Of a stretch of DNA of 64,000 nt, positions 37,580 through 46,631 are shown piece after piece. The notes under the pieces were generated by a model. The model had not been told where the DNA came from and ran no database searches. It saw only the letters and a program-made list of their open reading frames with translations. Position 1 is the stretch's first letter. Each line of letters starts with the position of its first letter. This DNA comes from a virus (lineage: Duplodnaviria; Heunggongvirae; Uroviricota; Caudoviricetes), in the IMG/VR virus record IMGVR_UViG_3300028914_000001, positions 285,489-349,488 of that record; one strand, given 5' to 3'. The position numbers and the translations under genes were made by a program.

Positions 37580-38035
37580 ATGCTCTTAGATACATTAAAC
37601 GACAAAATCAAGGAATTCATGAAAGCTCACGACACGGTAGGCCTGACTGCCCTCCGTACGCTCGTGTCCGACATCAAGAATGCGGCCATCGCTGCTCAGA
37701 AACCTGTTGACGACGCTATGTGTATCGCCGTTCTCGACAAGGCTATCAAGCAGAAGAACGAAACCATCGAAGGTTATGCCAAGGCTGGCAAGACCGAGCG
37801 AGCTGATGAAGAAAAGAAGACTCTCGAACTCTACAAGCAGTACATGCCTGCCCAGATGTCCGAAGACGAAGTTGTCGCTGAAATTGCAAAGGCTATCGAA
37901 TCTACTGGCGCCTGTGAACAGAAGGATATGGGCAAGGTCATGAAGATTCTTACGCCCATCATCAAGGGTCGTTTCGACGGCAAGGCTGCAAGCCAGTTGG
38001 TGGTCAAGGCGTTGCTTGCAAAGGCTGGTAAGTAA
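37580..38035 (+). CDS. GatB/YqeY domain protein
   Basis: IKEFMKA..D, LR...SDIKN, YMPAQMSEDE, DMGKVMK, GRFDGK. Confidence 0.9.
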   Translation: MLLDTLNDKIKEFMKAHDTVGLTALRTLVSDIKNAAIAAQKPVDDAMCIAVLDKAIKQKNETIEGYAKAGKTERADEEKKTLELYKQYMPAQMSEDEVVAEIAKAIESTGACEQKDMGKVMKILTPIIKGRFDGKAASQLVVKALLAKAGK

Positions 38036-39090
38036 TGAAGAATTGGGTTTACATCGGCAGGTTCCAACCGTTCCACAACGGCCATCTTGACGTTCTGCAC
38101 CAGATTATTGACAAGATGGACAAGAATGTGGACACTATTACCCTTATCCTCGGGTCTTCCGATTCTGGAAGCCCTAGGAATCCTCTTGACTCGATTACCC
38201 GTTACGAAATGATTCAGTCTATCCTTGACAATGACTCGTACATTGCCGAGAATAGGGTACGCTGTCGTATTCTCGTAGAGAGCATCCATGATTCTCCGTA
38301 CAACTGGACCATGTTCGGAAAATGGCTTCAGTCGCAGCTTCGCCTTCATATGACTCTATGTGACAACATCCTTTGTGGCATGGAGTACATCAAGGAATAT
38401 GCAAACCTTGTCGGAGTGCCCTATTGGCAGGCAACGGAAAACGTACATATCCATGCGACGCAAATCCGTCAGGCCTTTGTCGAGAACGACACCGAGTACC
38501 TTAAAGCGAAACTTCCCGCAGGAGTTTTCGCCGACGAGGAACTCTATGCACGAATCAAGGAACAAATCGTCAATGCCCGCAACTTGCAGCTCAAATACAT
38601 CAAGGATTTGAACCCGAAGTACGCATCTGTCTACAAGACGGTTGACAACGTCGTCCTTTGCGGTGGTCATATCCTGTTTGTCGTCCGCAAGGATAACGGA
38701 AAGTACGCCCTCCCTGGCGGATTCCAGGACCCGACGGACCTTTCCGCACAGAAAGCTGCAGAGCGTGAACTGATGGAGGAAACCGGGTTGGATTCTTCCG
38801 ATTGGACCCCGTCCGCATCGAAGAATTTCGACGCCCCGTTCCGTGACCCCCGTTCGAGCGAAAAGGTAAACGCAGAGACTACGGCGTTCCTTTACCGTAT
38901 CAACCCGAAGTACCTGCTTAGCCCAAACGGCGTGATGGTTCCTCAGCTTCCGAAGGTGGTAGGCCAGGACGATGCAGCCGACGCTGTATGGCTCAGTCTG
39001 AATGAAGTTTGTGGATATCCTGAAAACAGGTTCCATGCAGACCACAAGAAAATTATCTTAAACATGCTCGGGCTTGAACCGAGATTCTAA
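38035..39090 (+). CDS. bifunctional NMN/NaMN adenylyltransferase - Nudix ADP-ribose pyrophosphatase (NadM-Nudix)
   Basis: IGRFQPFHNGH, GSS, RNP, HATQIR; Nudix box ALPGGF...AAERELMEETGL, RDPR, DDAADAVW, DH. Confidence 0.92.
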   Translation: MKNWVYIGRFQPFHNGHLDVLHQIIDKMDKNVDTITLILGSSDSGSPRNPLDSITRYEMIQSILDNDSYIAENRVRCRILVESIHDSPYNWTMFGKWLQSQLRLHMTLCDNILCGMEYIKEYANLVGVPYWQATENVHIHATQIRQAFVENDTEYLKAKLPAGVFADEELYARIKEQIVNARNLQLKYIKDLNPKYASVYKTVDNVVLCGGHILFVVRKDNGKYALPGGFQDPTDLSAQKAAERELMEETGLDSSDWTPSASKNFDAPFRDPRSSEKVNAETTAFLYRINPKYLLSPNGVMVPQLPKVVGQDDAADAVWLSLNEVCGYPENRFHADHKKIILNMLGLEPRF

Positions 39091-39110
39091 CTCAAAAGGA
39101 TGGTAATCAA

Positions 39111-40373
39111 ATGCTAGACCATTGGTGTATAGAAAGTCTGCTTGAGACAGACCTCTACAAGTTCAATATGGATAACCTGTACTTTACCCAGTACAGCGAC
39201 TACACAGGAAAATGGGCATACAAGTGCCGCAACCGCAAGGATGGAAGCGTCGTTGTCTTCACTAAGGAAGACGTTGCCGAAATCAACCGCCAGATTGACC
39301 ACCTTTGCACCCTCATGTTTACCCAGAGAGAACTTAGCATGCTCTTCGGTGAAGCTACCTGGCTTACCCCGTCGTTCAGGCATTTCCTGAGCATGTTCCA
39401 TCTTGACCGTGACGAAATCCGTGTCGTGTACGACGAAAGCATCGAGTCCAAGATGGCAATCGAAGCTGGTGGCGACCTCGACCCGTTGATGCGAAACACT
39501 TACTTCGAAATCTACGTTCTCGCCATTGTGAACGAAGTTTACTTCTACCATCACAACAAGAACTACGCCGAACTCGAAGAGGAAGCAATCCGTCGTATCG
39601 ACAAGAAGATTGCACAGCTTGCAAAGGGCGAATACGTTATCGGCCCGTTCTCCGAATTTGGCCTCCGTCGTCGTTTCTCCCGCAAGGTTCAGGATTACCT
39701 CGTCCGTGCTTTCGCCAATGCCCAGAAGGCTGGTATTCTCGGTAAGTCCATCTTCCTCGGTACTTCCAATGTGTACCTCGCATTGAAGTACGGTGTGAAG
39801 CTTATCGGAACAATCGCCCATGAAGCTGTCGAAGCTATCGGCCAGGGCGACCCGATGTTCAACCCTGCCTACTCCAACCGTCTCATGATGGACGCATGGC
39901 AGAGACAGTACAAGGGCTGCAACGGTATCTACCTCACCGACTGTGTCCGTACCGATACATTCCTCATGGACCTCACCCGTAACGATGTCCGTGTCTGGGA
40001 TGGTTTCAGACACGATTCGGGCGACCCGTATGCTTGGGGCGAAAAGATGATTGATGCAATCCAGCGTCTCGGTGGCGACCCGATGCAGAAGACTTTGCTC
40101 TTCTCCGACTCCCTCGACTTCGAACGTGCAAGCAAGCTCTACGCCCATTTCAGCCCTCGTGCCAAGGTAGGCTTCGGTATCGGAACCTTCCTGTCCAACG
40201 ACTGCGGAGTGGAACCGCTCAACCAGGTCATGAAGCTCATCGAATGCAATGGCCGTCCTGTCGCAAAGATTTCCGACACCGAAGGAAAGCTTATGTGCCG
40301 TGATGCCGGATATGTCGATTGGCTGAAGCGTACGCTTGACTGGCGTCTTACCCACGAAGTTAAAAAATTCTAA
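39111..40373 (+). CDS. pncB: nicotinate phosphoribosyltransferase
   Basis: SLLETDLYK, EFGLRRRFS, GTSNV, GTIAHE, RHDSGDP, FSDSLD, FGIGT, VAKISDTEGK (PncB-type, not NadV/Nampt). Confidence 0.93.
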   Translation: MLDHWCIESLLETDLYKFNMDNLYFTQYSDYTGKWAYKCRNRKDGSVVVFTKEDVAEINRQIDHLCTLMFTQRELSMLFGEATWLTPSFRHFLSMFHLDRDEIRVVYDESIESKMAIEAGGDLDPLMRNTYFEIYVLAIVNEVYFYHHNKNYAELEEEAIRRIDKKIAQLAKGEYVIGPFSEFGLRRRFSRKVQDYLVRAFANAQKAGILGKSIFLGTSNVYLALKYGVKLIGTIAHEAVEAIGQGDPMFNPAYSNRLMMDAWQRQYKGCNGIYLTDCVRTDTFLMDLTRNDVRVWDGFRHDSGDPYAWGEKMIDAIQRLGGDPMQKTLLFSDSLDFERASKLYAHFSPRAKVGFGIGTFLSNDCGVEPLNQVMKLIECNGRPVAKISDTEGKLMCRDAGYVDWLKRTLDWRLTHEVKKF

Positions 40374-40382
40374 GATAATCCC

Positions 40383-40411
40383 TTGACAGGAGTCTTTTAA
40401 TTAGTTATATT
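40383..40411 (+). promoter_or_regulatory. sigma70-type early promoter
   Basis: TTGACA-17 nt-TATATT. Confidence 0.85.
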
Positions 40412-40453
40412 AAGTGACGGAAACATCCGTCACTTTTTTATTAGGAGTAAATC

Positions 40454-41065
40454 ATGATTCAACACGTTGTTGGCGACATGCTCGATTTCAGTAAGGATAC
40501 ACCCGATATCATCATCCACCAGACCAACTGCGAAGGCAAGATGGGTGGCGGTGTAGCCAAGGTCATCAAGGAAAAGTTCCCTAAGGTCTATGTGGAATAT
40601 CTCGAATTTATCGCACACAATCTGTTCGAACAGCGGGATACCATAGCTCTGCCGATAAAGTGCAGCAACCTGCTTGGAAGATTTTTTTACAGCGATGTTA
40701 CTGTCGGTGACAAGAGCGTACTTTTTGTCGACCTGTTTGCTCAGGATAGTTGCTCGGAAGGAACAAGCTCGTTTAGCGAAAAGCGCTTTACCAGCTACGA
40801 TGCGATGCACGAGGGACTGATTGATATCAGAAACATGCTTGTGTTTTCGTATCATGTTCAGAAGTTGCATGGCACCCGTCCTGTCAAAATCTGGATGCCA
40901 GAAAAGATTGGTTGTGTCAAGGGCGGCGGTAAGTATGAAATCGTCAAGGCAATCGTCGAAAGCGTGTTCGACAATCCTAGCTTCAGCAATATGATTGACC
41001 TTACCCTGTTCACCTTGCCTGAAAAGAATTCTAACTTGCCTAAGGGACCTTTCGATGCGATGTAA
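40454..41065 (+). CDS. macrodomain ADP-ribose-binding/hydrolase protein
   Basis: GDML, IIHQTNCEGKMGGGVAK.I...FP, LFAQ, MPEKIGCVKGGG. Confidence 0.88.
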   Translation: MIQHVVGDMLDFSKDTPDIIIHQTNCEGKMGGGVAKVIKEKFPKVYVEYLEFIAHNLFEQRDTIALPIKCSNLLGRFFYSDVTVGDKSVLFVDLFAQDSCSEGTSSFSEKRFTSYDAMHEGLIDIRNMLVFSYHVQKLHGTRPVKIWMPEKIGCVKGGGKYEIVKAIVESVFDNPSFSNMIDLTLFTLPEKNSNLPKGPFDAM

Positions 41066-41339
41066 GAATTGTCCCTACGAAGATTACGACTACCAGGAGA
41101 ATTATCCGTGTTGTCAGCTCTTCGGCGATAACGAGGACTTTATCTATGAAAACTCCAAGGGCGAACTCGGATGCAAATACAACATGCGTAGTCTGCAGAA
41201 GTTCGTCCGGGAGCGAGAAGAGGACGAAAAGGTTATCGTGCAACAGATGGGAGATTTCGTGAAATGGTGCGAAGAGCACCCGAACCCTCCCTATGACGAC
41301 CCAGAACCCGAGGTGAAAAATGATACGAGAAAAGAGTGA
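41055..41339 (+). CDS. Cys-rich hypothetical protein
   Basis: MRCKNCPY...CC...GC. Confidence 0.55.
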   Translation: MRCKNCPYEDYDYQENYPCCQLFGDNEDFIYENSKGELGCKYNMRSLQKFVREREEDEKVIVQQMGDFVKWCEEHPNPPYDDPEPEVKNDTRKE

Positions 41340-41504
41340 CTTCAAGTGCCGCCACGACCTGCTTGAAATCTGGGAGTGGATGGAAGGGACGTTCATCAGG
41401 GAGTGCCTCAACAAGGGTATCGACCCAGACGATTTTGGCGAAATCGACGTGTCTTTCTCCGTCGCAGTAAAGCAAACAAGAAAACCTGAACCGTAACTAA
41501 AAAT

Positions 41505-41825
41505 ATGGCATTCCATCATCATTTCGGAACACATTACAGCACGTTGAACCCAGTTCACCCGCTGAACCAATTTAATCCGGCAAGCCCGTACTATCACTTG
41601 TACCACAGCAAGAATGATGTGCTCGTCCAGCCACACCAGGCAGTATCGTTTGAAGCACAGGAATTTCTCGTCATGGGCGGTTGCTTCCTGACGGCAGTGT
41701 TAATCGTTGCCGCCATCGGAACCATTATCAGGCACAGAAGCAACAAGAAATTTGATGCTAAACTGAAACAGATTGAGAAACGCTGGAAGAACTCCCCGTT
41801 GAAACCCAAAATTGAAAGGGAATGA
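41505..41825 (+). CDS. putative membrane protein
   Basis: His/Pro/Asn-rich N-terminus, one TM helix, basic tail. Confidence 0.55.
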   Translation: MAFHHHFGTHYSTLNPVHPLNQFNPASPYYHLYHSKNDVLVQPHQAVSFEAQEFLVMGGCFLTAVLIVAAIGTIIRHRSNKKFDAKLKQIEKRWKNSPLKPKIERE

Positions 41826-42118
41826 GTATGCACCCGTACAAGATTAGAGTGTTCCTTGACCATAGCGGTGTCGTAACGGATTTCGTCATGGCGGACACCG
41901 AGTTCGAGACAATCGAGGCTGCCCGCCTGTACATCAAGAAGCAGTTCGACGATACCATCACAAATCTCGAAAATACGAACACGTCCTATACCGTGTCCTG
42001 TATTGCCAACAAGGACAGCATTGATATCCCACGGGGTTATCAACAGGATTACGAATCCGTCTTTTACAAAAAGCTATTTACGGATAATTTCACGATGATT
42101 ATGGAAATCATCCGATAG
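41822..42118 (+). CDS. hypothetical protein
   Basis: 98 aa coupled ORF. Confidence 0.55.
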   Translation: MSMHPYKIRVFLDHSGVVTDFVMADTEFETIEAARLYIKKQFDDTITNLENTNTSYTVSCIANKDSIDIPRGYQQDYESVFYKKLFTDNFTMIMEIIR

Positions 42119-42130
42119 GAGACATGGACT

Positions 42131-42517
42131 ATGAATTACAACTACAAAAAGAACATTGACAAGCAAATCATAAAGCTTCGCTTTGTTCATTCATACAAGG
42201 AGTATTATTCCTTGCAGTTCAAAACTACTGGATGGTTTGCCAAGTGGATTACCGTAGAAGAATACAATCCTACGATAAGCGCTGCCGATAAACCATGCGG
42301 AATAACATCGTATGGCAACTGGGAAAATCGTTGGTGGAAAATCGAATCTAACGAGTACGGGAAGAAACTTCTGGACGAACTTAGGGCCAAGCTGAAAACA
42401 GTCGGCGACATTTACAGTACCTATATCGAGCCTGAAGAAAAACGCATGGCAGCCGACTATAAAAGATACGAGGAGTACTGGGATAAAATAAATTCAGTTA
42501 GCGCTATTATCAAATAG
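42131..42517 (+). CDS. hypothetical protein
   Basis: 128 aa, AGGAG RBS. Confidence 0.55.
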   Translation: MNYNYKKNIDKQIIKLRFVHSYKEYYSLQFKTTGWFAKWITVEEYNPTISAADKPCGITSYGNWENRWWKIESNEYGKKLLDELRAKLKTVGDIYSTYIEPEEKRMAADYKRYEEYWDKINSVSAIIK

Positions 42518-42520
42518 TGG

Positions 42521-42549
42521 TTGACAACCTTTTCGTATTTATCTATATT
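42521..42549 (+). promoter_or_regulatory. sigma70-type early promoter of nadE
   Basis: TTGACA-17 nt-TATATT. Confidence 0.85.
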
Positions 42550-42580
42550 TCCATTGAAAATATCAAAAACGAGGTATGAT

Positions 42581-43405
42581 ATGAATATGGCCGATACGGC
42601 GTATAAGAAACTCTTTGATGTTGCTAAAGAGTGCGACTTGATGAAAGCTCACATGTTTAAATGGTTTGCCGAACACGGGTTTACCAAGGCTGTCGTCGGG
42701 GTTTCTGGCGGGGCTGACTCGACCGTTACTTGCAAGGTTGCTTGCGACGTGCTTGGCCCAAAGAATGTGTACGCAGTGAAGATGCCGAACGGAGTCCAGG
42801 CTGACATCGCCGACTCCAACAGTGTCGTTGAATTTTGCGACTGCAATGAATCCACGATTAACATTTCCGATGCGTTCAAGGGCTTGAACGAACAGTTCAT
42901 CAAGAGCGGTTTCGAACTCAACAGTGTCTACTCGACGAACACTCCCGCACGCCTCCGTATGGCTACTCTCTATGGTGTTTCCGCCATTGTAGGTGGCGTT
43001 GTCCTCAATACCTGCAACCTTTCCGAAGACTGTGCATGGGGCAACTTCTCCACGCTCTATGGTGACAACGCTGGTTCCTATGCATGTCTCCAGGGCTTTA
43101 CCAAGACCGAAGTGCGTATGCTTGGCGAATATCTCGGCATCCCGAGCAAACTCGTGTGGAAGACTCCTAGCGACGGCATGTGCGGCAAGTCCGACGAAGC
43201 TAGAATTGCCGAACTGTCTGGGGTGAGCAAATTTACTTATGCCGAGTTCGACAAGTTCATCCGTGGATTGGAAACCTCTTTCAGCCGTAGCGACATGCAG
43301 CGTCTCATCTGGGGTTACAAGAAGGGCACGTTCAAGAATGAACTCGTGAACATCCCGCATTATACTCCCAAGCTTCCCAACGTATTTATCGACAACAAGT
43401 GGTAA
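42581..43405 (+). CDS. nadE: NH3-dependent NAD+ synthetase
   Basis: VVGVSGGADS, N..ARLRMATLY, TCNLSE, TLYGD, KTEVR, KTPSDG; no glutaminase domain; GAGGT RBS. Confidence 0.93.
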   Translation: MNMADTAYKKLFDVAKECDLMKAHMFKWFAEHGFTKAVVGVSGGADSTVTCKVACDVLGPKNVYAVKMPNGVQADIADSNSVVEFCDCNESTINISDAFKGLNEQFIKSGFELNSVYSTNTPARLRMATLYGVSAIVGGVVLNTCNLSEDCAWGNFSTLYGDNAGSYACLQGFTKTEVRMLGEYLGIPSKLVWKTPSDGMCGKSDEARIAELSGVSKFTYAEFDKFIRGLETSFSRSDMQRLIWGYKKGTFKNELVNIPHYTPKLPNVFIDNKW

Positions 43406-43408
43406 ATC

Positions 43409-43861
43409 ATGAGCAGTCTTTATGTAGGAGAGATATCTCTCGACACGTTCAAGGAGGTGTGCGAACGCCACCATCTTGAAACCGAGACGCCATCAGAAGA
43501 CGGAATGGGGTTGTTCTGTGCTGTCCTCAACGTGACGGAAGACGTGTTCATGCTTATCACGTACTCGGACGAGGCCGATGGCCGCAAGTACGTGAGCCTG
43601 TTCGCATCTAACCGCAAGACGGGTTCCACGCAGAAGATAAGTCACGTCCCTGCGTACCACAACAACCTCATCAGCGCAATCAGGACGGCAAACCGTTTTT
43701 ACGACGACACCAAGGCAAGGGGGCTTGCAGTAGTCCCCCGCAAAATAAAGAAGGATGACAATGAAGGTAATGGTAACGGGCCACAGGCCAGAGAGAATAA
43801 CGGGCAGGGAACAGGAAATCAAGGAATGGCTGACGAAGAAGGTCGAGGAACTGAAACCTAG
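43409..43861 (+). CDS. hypothetical protein
   Basis: 150 aa ORF, C-terminus overlaps the SLOG gene. Confidence 0.5.
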   Translation: MSSLYVGEISLDTFKEVCERHHLETETPSEDGMGLFCAVLNVTEDVFMLITYSDEADGRKYVSLFASNRKTGSTQKISHVPAYHNNLISAIRTANRFYDDTKARGLAVVPRKIKKDDNEGNGNGPQARENNGQGTGNQGMADEEGRGTET

Positions 43862-44255
43862 CGACTGCATCTCCGGGATGGCCCAGGGTGCCGACCAGAT
43901 TTATGCGGAGGTCGCTTATGAAAAGGGTATTCCTCTTATTTGTGCTTGGCCTTATGAGCGCAAGCTTCATCCTGTTGAGCAGAAGTATCACGACTATGCG
44001 GAAGTGAACCATGTTGCCTTCCACAAGTTCCAGCCAAGCTGCTATGCCACCCGTGACAAGTGGATGGTGGACAACTGCGACATCGTCCTTGCCGTATGGG
44101 ACGGAAACCCTGTCGGCGGCACTTACGACACGATTGAGTACGCCAAGCAGAAGCACAAGCACATCTACCTCTTCCCTTGGACTGCGGAATCAATCACTGA
44201 GATTATCCCGATGAACCCTCCGCAGAAAACACCCGACGGTTGGACCCTCTACTAG
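43755..44255 (+). CDS. YspA-like SLOG family protein
   Basis: VTGHRP, SGMAQGAD, RDKWMVD..D..LAVWDG...GGT..TI.YA. Confidence 0.88.
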   Translation: MTMKVMVTGHRPERITGREQEIKEWLTKKVEELKPSDCISGMAQGADQIYAEVAYEKGIPLICAWPYERKLHPVEQKYHDYAEVNHVAFHKFQPSCYATRDKWMVDNCDIVLAVWDGNPVGGTYDTIEYAKQKHKHIYLFPWTAESITEIIPMNPPQKTPDGWTLY

Positions 44256-44484
44256 GAGCGAAACATGTCCAAGTTCAGCAAGAAGGAAAGGGCCAACATC
44301 GCCAGAGTCCGCAAGGAAATGAAGCAGACTCGGGAATACAAGGATTTGCTCGTGTTGAAGGAAAAGTTCAACCGAAAGGAAATAACCGAAACCGAGTATA
44401 TCGAAGAAATGGGGAAACTCCTGAAAGGAATCCAGGAAGCCCCGCAACCAATAAATCTTAAAACATCAACTTAATGGAGTAACC

Positions 44485-44955
44485 ATGAACAACCTCAGTC
44501 AACTCGAACAGGCAATCGCCATCCCCACCGCTATCGTAGCCGACCTCAACAAGGCGAAGGAATATATCGACGCCGACAAGAAGGATGAAGCAAAGCAGCT
44601 TATCGACAAGGTGGCAAAATTCATGCAGTCGCAGGCCGACATGGCAAAGCAGCAGTATGACGCAATCATGAAGAAGCACGAAGAGGCGATGGAAGTCATG
44701 AAGAAGGACAAGCACGTTGACATCAATGACCCGTTCATCATGATGCTCAATGAAAGCACCTACACTTTCAAGCGCAAGGAATGGGATGCTGGCATCCGCT
44801 ACATCCGTGACCAGGACAAGAAGACTGTCTGCCGTGCCCGCAACGTCGGTGGCCTCCTCACCGATATTGAAAAGACTGACCTCCAAGACCCGTTCGCTAG
44901 CCTCCAGATGCAGGCTCCCGCACAGCAGGCAGCAAGCCCAATCATCAAGGGTTAG
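44485..44955 (+). CDS. hypothetical helical protein
   Basis: 156 aa, GGAG RBS. Confidence 0.6.
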   Translation: MNNLSQLEQAIAIPTAIVADLNKAKEYIDADKKDEAKQLIDKVAKFMQSQADMAKQQYDAIMKKHEEAMEVMKKDKHVDINDPFIMMLNESTYTFKRKEWDAGIRYIRDQDKKTVCRARNVGGLLTDIEKTDLQDPFASLQMQAPAQQAASPIIKG

Positions 44956-45477
44956 TCCATGACCAAGAACGAGTTCGTAAAGGCTTGCGAAAAGGTCGGA
45001 TGCACAGTTTCCGAAGGGAGGGTGATGCTCGGGGATATCCAACTCGGCTACTACTGGAACGACAGTTTCGATATAGTGGCCGACCCCAAGATTTTCAACC
45101 TTAGGGCAACCTGGAAGTACACCCAAGTCGACCTCAACACTTTCAAGGTTCTCCTTAAAGACGTGGTCGACGGAATCAAGAAATCAAAGGAAGTCAAAGA
45201 TGCTTCGAGAAATTAACAAAGACTATGTCAACCTCAATCTAGTCGAGGTTGTGCGCCCGATTGAAACTGACAAGATAGTGACAGGCTACCAAATCATTTT
45301 GATATCGGGACGCAATTACACGGTAAGCAAGAAAGTAGGAGATTCTATCCGTCTCGCAATGAATGCCAGCAGTACCACGGTAGTAGGAAACGCTGCCAAG
45401 AAGAAATCAGATAAAAGCCTTCAGGAAGTCCTCCAAATGGCAAAAGCTGTTAACAACCCGTTGAAAGGTAAGTTGAA

Positions 45478-46104
45478 ATGAGTGATTGGCTTAACAACAT
45501 CAAGGCGTTCGGTGACACTAAGCTGGAACTCCGTGCAGTAACCTTGTTCGAGGAGTTCAAGAAGGTTGTCATCAAGGCTGGGGTTGAAAATCCAGACGAG
45601 TATGCGGAAAACATGTTCGACCGCATTATGCACATCTTCAAGACCACCGAAAGGACATACTGCGTCGGTCCGCATGACGGCGTAATCGACTCGTTCTTCG
45701 GGCCGTACCGATTCCTTAGCAACTTCGAACCGTGTACCGTGGAATACGAGGGGATGACCTACAACTGTTCCGAAGCTGCATACCAGGCAGCTAAGACGAC
45801 GGATGTTTCCCTCCGTATCGCCTTCGCTACGATGAACGGTTCCAAGGCGAAGTTTGCTGGCCAGAAACTCCCGATTCGAGCAGACTGGAACGATGTCAAG
45901 GTCGATGTTATGTACCAAATCGTGAAGGACAAGTTCTCCCGCAATCCAGAGTTGAAAGAGAAGCTCCTCAGTACGGGAACTCTCCAGCTCATAGAGGGCA
46001 ACTACTGGGGCGACAAGTTCTGGGGTATCTGCAACGGGGAAGGCGAAAACCATCTCGGCAAGATTCTCATGAGGGTCCGCAGGGAACTGTCCAAACAAAT
46101 TTAG
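45478..46104 (+). CDS. NADAR (YbiA-like) family protein with N-terminal extension
   Basis: FLSNF, SEAAYQAAK, W...KVDVM....DKF, LLSTG...LIEG...D.FWG, GENHLGKILMRVR. Confidence 0.92.
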   Translation: MSDWLNNIKAFGDTKLELRAVTLFEEFKKVVIKAGVENPDEYAENMFDRIMHIFKTTERTYCVGPHDGVIDSFFGPYRFLSNFEPCTVEYEGMTYNCSEAAYQAAKTTDVSLRIAFATMNGSKAKFAGQKLPIRADWNDVKVDVMYQIVKDKFSRNPELKEKLLSTGTLQLIEGNYWGDKFWGICNGEGENHLGKILMRVRRELSKQI

Positions 46105-46631
46105 TTGGAGAATGTTATGACCTACATTTATTGGGAAGATGAATTCAAATGGGGCATGTACGGCGCCCATGGCAAGGATGGAACACCAGGAACTGGAATC
46201 CTCGTTAATCCGACCGCTCCGTTCAAGGGCGTATGCCAGCGTTGCGGTAAGCTAACCAAGGTTCGCCACTATCCGTATTCCCCCGCAGATAACAGCTTCG
46301 GCGTATATTGTGAACGCTGCATGAAGGTAATCGACGAGGAAATGTCGGCCCCAGACGAGTTTCCAGAAGAAGAACTTTAACCATCAACAAGGAGAAATAC
46401 CATGGCAAAGGAATTTGAAGTTACATACACGGTCAAGCGTAAGTTTACCATCCCCGATACGGCAACGGATGAAGAATACGATGCCATGAAGGATATGGTG
46501 GTCGCTGCCATTGCTAAGGACGGTGTCCAGGGTGATATCAAGGTAAAGCTCACCGATGCGCCTGACGAAATCAGGCAGAAGTACATCATCAACAAGGACT
46601 GTCAGGATTAACTCTAAAAGGAAATATCTTT

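Noticed and set aside
39111-40373. Calling the phosphoribosyltransferase Nampt/NadV (NARP2)
   Set aside because: Motifs and length are PncB-type, and the linked nicotinamidase and NadE fit the deamidated route.
7005-43474. Long antisense ORFs (7005..8093, 8765..9883, 15343..16884, 22298..24067, 39114..40355, 42563..43474)
   Set aside because: They shadow well-supported genes on the opposite strand, carry no motifs and are explained by codon bias.
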